Below the pieces are notes generated by a model that was given only the letters and a program-made list of their open reading frames with translations, had not been told where the DNA came from and made no database searches. Positions 58,486 to 64,000 of a stretch of DNA of 64,000 nt are shown here, piece by piece. Each line of letters begins with the position of its first letter. Positions within the stretch are counted from its first letter, which is position 1. Source of the DNA: Syntrophorhabdaceae bacterium (GTDB lineage Bacteria; Desulfobacterota; Syntrophorhabdia; Syntrophorhabdales; Syntrophorhabdaceae). The stretch covers positions 3,744,001 through 3,808,000 of the forward strand of contig OY762209.1 of the NCBI GenBank assembly GCA_963665295.1, in the 5' to 3' direction. The position numbers were made by a program, and so were the translations under genes.

Positions 58486-59663
58486 AGGCTATAAAAGGCA
58501 TTGAGGTTTCCATAGCGGCTTCCGTTGCGGCAAAACTTGCGAAAGTAGAAGTAGTGGCCGCATATCCGATCACCCCCCAAACCCACATCGTAGAGCACCT
58601 GGCAGACCTTGTCGCCAACGGCGAACTTGATGCAACGTACATTAACGTCGAGTCTGAGCACTCCGCCATGTCCGCATGCTGCGGTTCTTCCGCGGCAGGC
58701 GCGCGGACATTCACTTCGACGAGTTCGCAGGGCATGGAATTGATGCACGAGATTCTTTTTATTGCCTCGGGCATGAGGTTACCCATCGTGATGGCGGCGG
58801 TCAACCGGGCGCTTTCAGCACCTCTTTCCATCTGGGGTGACCATTCCGATGTAATGGCGGCAAGAGATACAGGATGGATCATGCTCTTTTGTGAAAATGG
58901 CCAGGAGGTGGTCGACACTACCATCATGGCTTTTAAGATTGCCGAAGACAGGCGGGTGCTACTGCCTTTAATGGTGAATATGGACGGCTTCTCCTTGAGC
59001 CATGTTATTGAAGCCATCGACTTCCCCACGCAGGACGAGGTCGATGCGTTCCTGCCGTCATACGACCCCCTGTACACGTTGCATCCGGATAAACCGGTGA
59101 CAATGGGCGCTTATGCCATGCCGGAACTCTATACGGAGGCAAAATATGCGCAGGAAATGGCCCTGATCAATTCCAAGCAGGTCGTGAAAGAAGTGATGGA
59201 CGAATATGGAAAGAAATTCGGGAGACATTATAACGTTGTCGAGACGTATAATGTGGAAAAGGCGGACACCGTTTTTGTCGCGCTGGGCGCGATAGGCGAG
59301 AATATCAAGACGGCCATCGATACACTGAAGGAACAGGGCAAAGAGGCGGGTCTGGTCCAGTTGAGGCTCTTCAGGCCTTTCCCTATAGAGGAAGTCCTTG
59401 CGGCCGTGAAGGACAAGAAGAATGTCGTGGTGATTGAGCGGGTAATGCCCGCGGGCGCGCCGAACGGTCCTTTATTTGAGGAACTGTCGGCTGTCGTCCA
59501 TATCAACGCACTTGGCACGGCCCTGTCGAATTACATTGTAGGTCTTGGCGGAAGGGACGTGTTGCCTGAGGACTTCGAAGAGATATATGGAGAGATTACG
59601 TCAGGAAAGAACACCGTGTTACAGGATGGGAAGAATTTCAAGGTGATAGGAGTGAGAGCATGA
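58482..59663 (+). CDS. porA: Pyruvate/2-oxoacid:ferredoxin oxidoreductase alpha subunit
   Basis: AYPITPQT, VESEHSA, TSSQG, NRALSAP, GLGGRD. Confidence 0.95.
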   Translation: MKAIKGIEVSIAASVAAKLAKVEVVAAYPITPQTHIVEHLADLVANGELDATYINVESEHSAMSACCGSSAAGARTFTSTSSQGMELMHEILFIASGMRLPIVMAAVNRALSAPLSIWGDHSDVMAARDTGWIMLFCENGQEVVDTTIMAFKIAEDRRVLLPLMVNMDGFSLSHVIEAIDFPTQDEVDAFLPSYDPLYTLHPDKPVTMGAYAMPELYTEAKYAQEMALINSKQVVKEVMDEYGKKFGRHYNVVETYNVEKADTVFVALGAIGENIKTAIDTLKEQGKEAGLVQLRLFRPFPIEEVLAAVKDKKNVVVIERVMPAGAPNGPLFEELSAVVHINALGTALSNYIVGLGGRDVLPEDFEEIYGEITSGKNTVLQDGKNFKVIGVRA

Positions 59664-60586
59664 GATTTAAGAGCCTTCAATTATACACGGACCACCCGGA
59701 AGAGGAATTTTCCGTCTCGGGCCACCGGGCGTGTCAGGGTTGCGCGGAGATACTTGCCTTGAGGCTCGCCCTCAAGGTCTTTGGAAAGGATACGATTCTC
59801 TGTATGGCCACGGGATGTATGGAGATAATCTCCACACCACTTCCGACAACAGCGTGGACGCTGCCCTGGATCCATGTCGCTTTTGAAAATGCGGCTTCCG
59901 TAGCTTCAGGCGTGGAAGCGGGAATCAAAACATTGATGGACAAGGGAAAGATAGCGAAAAAGGATATTCATGTGGTCGCAATAGCCGGTGATGGCGGAAC
60001 GAGCGATATTGGCCTTCAGGCGCTGTCCGGAGCTTTGGAGCGGGGACATAAGTTTACCTATATTTGCGTTGATAATGAGGCGTATATGAATACGGGCATC
60101 CAGCGTTCGTCTTCGACTCCGTATGGCGCTATGACCACAACGAGCCCTCCGGGCAAGAAAGGCATAGGGCAGGCGACATGGAAAAAGAATATGCCTGAGA
60201 TAGTCGCCGCTCACAATATTCCTTACGTGGCGACCGCGTGTCCGTCATATCCCTTCGATCTCTTCGCCAAGGTAAAGAAAGCGAGAATGGCAGAAGGCCC
60301 GTCTTATCTCCACATTCTTTCGGTCTGCCCTACGGGTTGGAGGATACCTTCGGGTCAGGCTGTGGAATATGGGAGGCTCGCGGTGAGAACGGGAATGTTC
60401 CCTCTTTACGAGATTGAGGATGGAGCGTGGAGGATCACGTATAGCCCGGATCCTTTGCGACCGGTTACGGATTATCTCAAGGGACAGGGACGATACAAGC
60501 ACCTTACTGAAGAAACGACGGCAGTAATCCAGGAACGGGTAGCCGCCGAATGGGAACAGTTGAAATATCGATGTAATGTAAAGTAG
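59660..60586 (+). CDS. porB: Pyruvate/2-oxoacid:ferredoxin oxidoreductase beta subunit
   Basis: GHRACQGC, ATGC, GDGG...DNEAYMNTGIQRS, CPTGW. Confidence 0.95.
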   Translation: MRFKSLQLYTDHPEEEFSVSGHRACQGCAEILALRLALKVFGKDTILCMATGCMEIISTPLPTTAWTLPWIHVAFENAASVASGVEAGIKTLMDKGKIAKKDIHVVAIAGDGGTSDIGLQALSGALERGHKFTYICVDNEAYMNTGIQRSSSTPYGAMTTTSPPGKKGIGQATWKKNMPEIVAAHNIPYVATACPSYPFDLFAKVKKARMAEGPSYLHILSVCPTGWRIPSGQAVEYGRLAVRTGMFPLYEIEDGAWRITYSPDPLRPVTDYLKGQGRYKHLTEETTAVIQERVAAEWEQLKYRCNVK

Positions 60587-60608
60587 CGGACAAAAGAACG
60601 GTTCTAAA

Positions 60609-60638
60609 CACGGGGACGGGCGGAAGGCCGTCCCCGTT
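60609..60638 (+). terminator. Stem-loop after porB
   Basis: acggggacgg ... ccgtccccgt followed by tt. Confidence 0.55.
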
Positions 60639-61115
60639 TCAGTATCCATATTCCCTGCGAAGTCATTTTCCTGCATTATGTGATTCGATTTTCTTGACAA
60701 ACATTTTACTATAAGCTCATATATAACGATGTCGGGCCAACATGCGGGCGGAAGACTTGGGAGAAGGGCGCTTCCCGGAGCGGAAGAGGCAGTTCGGGAG
60801 TCTTTGTCTCACGATCGGCCCGGTTTCTGCCGGCCCGGGGATGGGTCCGCTCGCGGTGACGCGGAAGGGACACGCCGCTGAAGGATTTCCGGATGAGGCA
60901 AATGAAACGGGTTGTATACAATATGTCTATTGGCTTTTTTCTGCGAATGAGTTAGGCTATTTGGAGGGCACGGGTTTTATCCGCTGAATAAAACCGTACA
61001 CCGGATAAAAGGGTGCCTTTGCGGCAGAAAGCGTGGTTGCAGGAAGGTAAATGCCGCAAGAAGGTTTCGCCGGACAGCATGTTTATGAGAATCTAAAGGC
61101 TGGAGGAGGGAGCGC

Positions 61116-62048
61116 ATGATGATCCCTGAGATTGATGTCTATGCAGCAAATGTAGTGTCTAAAGAAGAGTTTGCCGTTTCCGGGCACAGGGCGTGCCAGG
61201 GTTGCGCGGAAATACTCGCTTTGAGGATGGCTCTCAAGATCTTTGGAAGAGATACTATCATAGCTATGGCCACAGGATGTATGGAGATTGTTTCGACGCC
61301 TCTTCCTTTGACGGATTGGAAGCTTCCCTGGATACATGTTGCCTTCGAGAATGCTTCAGCCGTGGCGTCAGGGATTGAAGCGGGGCTCAAGGTAATGATG
61401 GATAAGGGGAGAATCCCCCGAAAAAAGATCCATCTGGTTGCCATAGGTGGCGACGGAGGGACGAGCGACATAGGGCTTCAGGCTCTGTCCGGGGCATTTG
61501 AAAGGGGAACCAAGTTCACCTATATCTGCGTCGATAACGAAGCGTACATGAATACGGGCATACAGAGGTCGTCATCCACTCCTTACGGGGCCGCCACCAC
61601 CACGAGCCCTCCGGGGAAGCGAAGCATAGGTCAATCCACATGGAAGAAGGACATGCCCGCCATTGCCGCGGCTCATCGCATACCATATGTGGCGACCGCG
61701 TGCCCTTCATACCCTTTTGATTTTTTCGATAAGGTAAAAAAGGCCAAGATGGTGGATGGGCCGTCGTATCTGCACGTTCTTTCGGTCTGTCCCACAGGTT
61801 GGAGGATTCCCTCGAATTCATCCATCCGTTACGGTCGGCTCGCGGTCGAGTCAGGCATATTCCCCCTTTACGAGATTGAAAAGGGCCGGTATAAACTGTC
61901 ATACAACCCTGACCCGCTGAAACATATAGTGGACTACATGGACGGACAGGGGCGGTACAGACATCTCACCGTGCGGAATGTATCCGACATTCAACAGAAG
62001 GTTACGAAGAACTGGGAGAGACTTAAATCCCGGTGCGGAGTCGAGTAA
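61116..62048 (+). CDS. porB: Second 2-oxoacid:ferredoxin oxidoreductase beta subunit (porB paralog)
   Basis: Same motifs as 59660-60586 and visibly similar along its whole length. Confidence 0.93.
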   Translation: MMIPEIDVYAANVVSKEEFAVSGHRACQGCAEILALRMALKIFGRDTIIAMATGCMEIVSTPLPLTDWKLPWIHVAFENASAVASGIEAGLKVMMDKGRIPRKKIHLVAIGGDGGTSDIGLQALSGAFERGTKFTYICVDNEAYMNTGIQRSSSTPYGAATTTSPPGKRSIGQSTWKKDMPAIAAAHRIPYVATACPSYPFDFFDKVKKAKMVDGPSYLHVLSVCPTGWRIPSNSSIRYGRLAVESGIFPLYEIEKGRYKLSYNPDPLKHIVDYMDGQGRYRHLTVRNVSDIQQKVTKNWERLKSRCGVE

Positions 62049-62069
62049 CTCAAGACCCAGGGGGAATTC

Positions 62070-62540
62070 ATGGACGTTGATAAAGACAAACTGAACGCGA
62101 TTATACAAAAATACGATGGTGACCGGTCCCATCTTCTCGCAATGTTTCAGGATATTCAGCGGGAATACAGGTATGTGCCGAAAGAGGCGGTGGAATATGT
62201 CTCCGGTCAGGTAGGCATTCCCCTTGCGAAGTCCTACGAAGTGGTGACGTTTTACAAGACACTCTCTCTCAAGCCCCGAGGGAAACATACGATCCACGTT
62301 TGTCTGGGTACGGCCTGTCATCTGAGGGGCGGTCCTAATGTACTGGATGCCTTCGAACGGGAACTCTGTGTGAGTGCGGGTAATACCACCGAAAACGGGA
62401 TGTTCACCCTCGAGACGGTCAACTGCCTTGGGGCCTGCGCCCTTGCTCCCCTGGTGAGGGTGGAGGAGCGCGATTTCGGCAAAACAAGTCCGGGAGGCGT
62501 GAAAAAGATTATCGACCAGTACAGTCAGGAGGAGCGATGA
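62070..62540 (+). CDS. NuoE/HydC-like [2Fe-2S] subunit
   Basis: VCLGTACH...[11 protein letters not shown]. Confidence 0.92.
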   Translation: MDVDKDKLNAIIQKYDGDRSHLLAMFQDIQREYRYVPKEAVEYVSGQVGIPLAKSYEVVTFYKTLSLKPRGKHTIHVCLGTACHLRGGPNVLDAFERELCVSAGNTTENGMFTLETVNCLGACALAPLVRVEERDFGKTSPGGVKKIIDQYSQEER

Positions 62541-64000
62541 TTACCTCTCGTGAACAGCTTGATTCCATAGGAGCAGAGTACAAGAAAAGGACTGCAGCCT
62601 ATGACAAGATCGTCAAAATCTGCTGCGGGACCGGCTGTATATCGTCGGGTGCTCTCAATGTGTATGAGGGATTACAAATTGCGGTGGAAAGAGGGGGCCT
62701 GTCCTCGAAGGTTTTGATCAAGAAGACGGGTTGCCACGGACTCTGCGAAAGAGGGCCCATTGTAGTCATCGGGGCCGATGAGATATTGTACCAGAGCGTG
62801 GGCAAAAGAAATATCGAGGCGGACATCGCTGCCCTGCTTGCCACTCTCAAAGAGAATAAAATCGTCGATCAATTGCTGTACAAGGGTGAGGACAGGACCA
62901 AGAGATATGTGTCGCCATTCGACATTCCTTTTTATGCGGGCCAGACCAGGGTCACTCTCAGTTTGAATGGGGCGATCGACCCGGAGGATATCGACGAATA
63001 CATAGCGGAGGGCGGATACAGGTCGCTTCACAAGGCGCTCCGGATGGAACCCGTGGAGATCATCGACTGGATTGAAAAGTCGGGATTACGGGGAAGGGGC
63101 GGCGGTGGTTTCCTTACAGGATATAAGTGGCGTTCATGCAGGCAAGCCGAAGGATCACCCAAGTATATAGTCGCAAACGGAGATGAGGGAGACCCCGGCG
63201 CATTCATGGACCGGTCCCTTATGGAGGGGAACCCCCACGGTATTCTGGAAGGGATTACCATAGGCGGGTTCGCCATAGGGTCCAACCAGGGATACATCTA
63301 TGTCCGCGACGAATACCCTCTCGCTGTCCACCGGTTGTCCAAGGCTATAGATGAGGCGAGAGAACGCGGGTTACTGGGACGCAACATCTTCGGTTCCGGT
63401 TTCGATTTTGACATCTCCATATTCCGAGGAGGTGGAGCTTTTGTATGTGGGGAGTCTACGGCCCTCATCTCTTCCATAGAAGGTAAATCGGGAGAGCCCA
63501 GGTCGAAATATACCCACACTGTCGAGAAAGGGCTCTGGGATAGGCCGACGAACCTCAACAACGTGGAAACCTGGGCGAATGTCCCCCATATTATCGACAG
63601 GGGATGGGAATGGTTTCAGTCGATAGGTTCGGAGAGAAGCAAGGGAACGAAAGTATTTTCCCTCGTGGGCAAGGTCAAGAATACGGGTCTTATAGAAGTG
63701 CCCATGGGGATAAGCCTGAGAGAGATTATTTTTGACCTGGGAGGCGGCATTCAGGGCGACAGGAAGTTTAAGGCGGTCCAGACCGGCGGCCCGTCCGGAG
63801 GCTGTATACCTGAGGTCTACCTGGAGATGCCCGTGGATTTTGATTCTCTCACGAAACTTGGCTCCATGATGGGTTCGGGAGGAATGATCGTCATGGACGA
63901 GAGAAGCTGCATGGTGGATGTAGCCCGTTATTTCCTCAATTTCCTTGTGGAGGAATCTTGTGGGAAATGCACCCCCTGCAGGGAAGGCGTGAGGAGGATG
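62537..64000 (+). CDS. NuoF/HydB-like NADH-binding flavoprotein subunit, truncated by the window end (absent from the ORF track)
   Basis: ATG 62537 overlapping the upstream stop; [67 protein letters not shown]. Confidence 0.93.
   Translation, partial: MITSREQLDSIGAEYKKRTAAYDKIVKICCGTGCISSGALNVYEGLQIAVERGGLSSKVLIKKTGCHGLCERGPIVVIGADEILYQSVGKRNIEADIAALLATLKENKIVDQLLYKGEDRTKRYVSPFDIPFYAGQTRVTLSLNGAIDPEDIDEYIAEGGYRSLHKALRMEPVEIIDWIEKSGLRGRGGGGFLTGYKWRSCRQAEGSPKYIVANGDEGDPGAFMDRSLMEGNPHGILEGITIGGFAIGSNQGYIYVRDEYPLAVHRLSKAIDEARERGLLGRNIFGSGFDFDISIFRGGGAFVCGESTALISSIEGKSGEPRSKYTHTVEKGLWDRPTNLNNVETWANVPHIIDRGWEWFQSIGSERSKGTKVFSLVGKVKNTGLIEVPMGISLREIIFDLGGGIQGDRKFKAVQTGGPSGGCIPEVYLEMPVDFDSLTKLGSMMGSGGMIVMDERSCMVDVARYFLNFLVEESCGKCTPCREGVRRM

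Overview
Positions 1 to about 36,040 are the late-gene half of a P1-like (Punavirus-type) myovirus prophage, all on the + strand. The order is core/tail/baseplate genes in P1 order (21-pmgG-bplB-pmgC-tub-pmgB-sit-pmgA-bplA-16-R), then tail fibres ending in an Mtd-like C-type-lectin adhesin with DGR target hallmarks, then a 17 kb virion-cargo/antirestriction block (hdf, darA, ddrA-like, ddrB-like, a polyvalent protein, darB, ulx), then portal, prohead protease and a lysis cassette. The phage region ends at the 3' end of a chromosomal tRNA-Thr(CGT). Positions 36,044-64,000 are host chromosome of an anaerobe, probably Desulfobacterota/Syntrophorhabdus-like (inference from gene content). They carry a two-component system, a Liv-type ABC transporter, fbp, an IS630, budA, a cobalamin-riboswitch-controlled cobU-cobT-cobS-cobC operon, uppP, purM, porD-A-B, a second porB and a NuoE/NuoF(HydC/HydB)-type module. 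The most interesting signal is in the cargo block: enzyme domains (ClpP-like protease, zincin, RNase-like, pyrophosphatase-like, HAD, ParB-like, MTase-helicase) are separated by recurring [IL]-x-E linker motifs and four copies of an amphipathic peptide resembling the P1 DarB N-terminus. This suggests modular, protease-processed, capsid-packaged polyproteins. All protein family calls come from motif recognition and recalled similarity, not from database searches.
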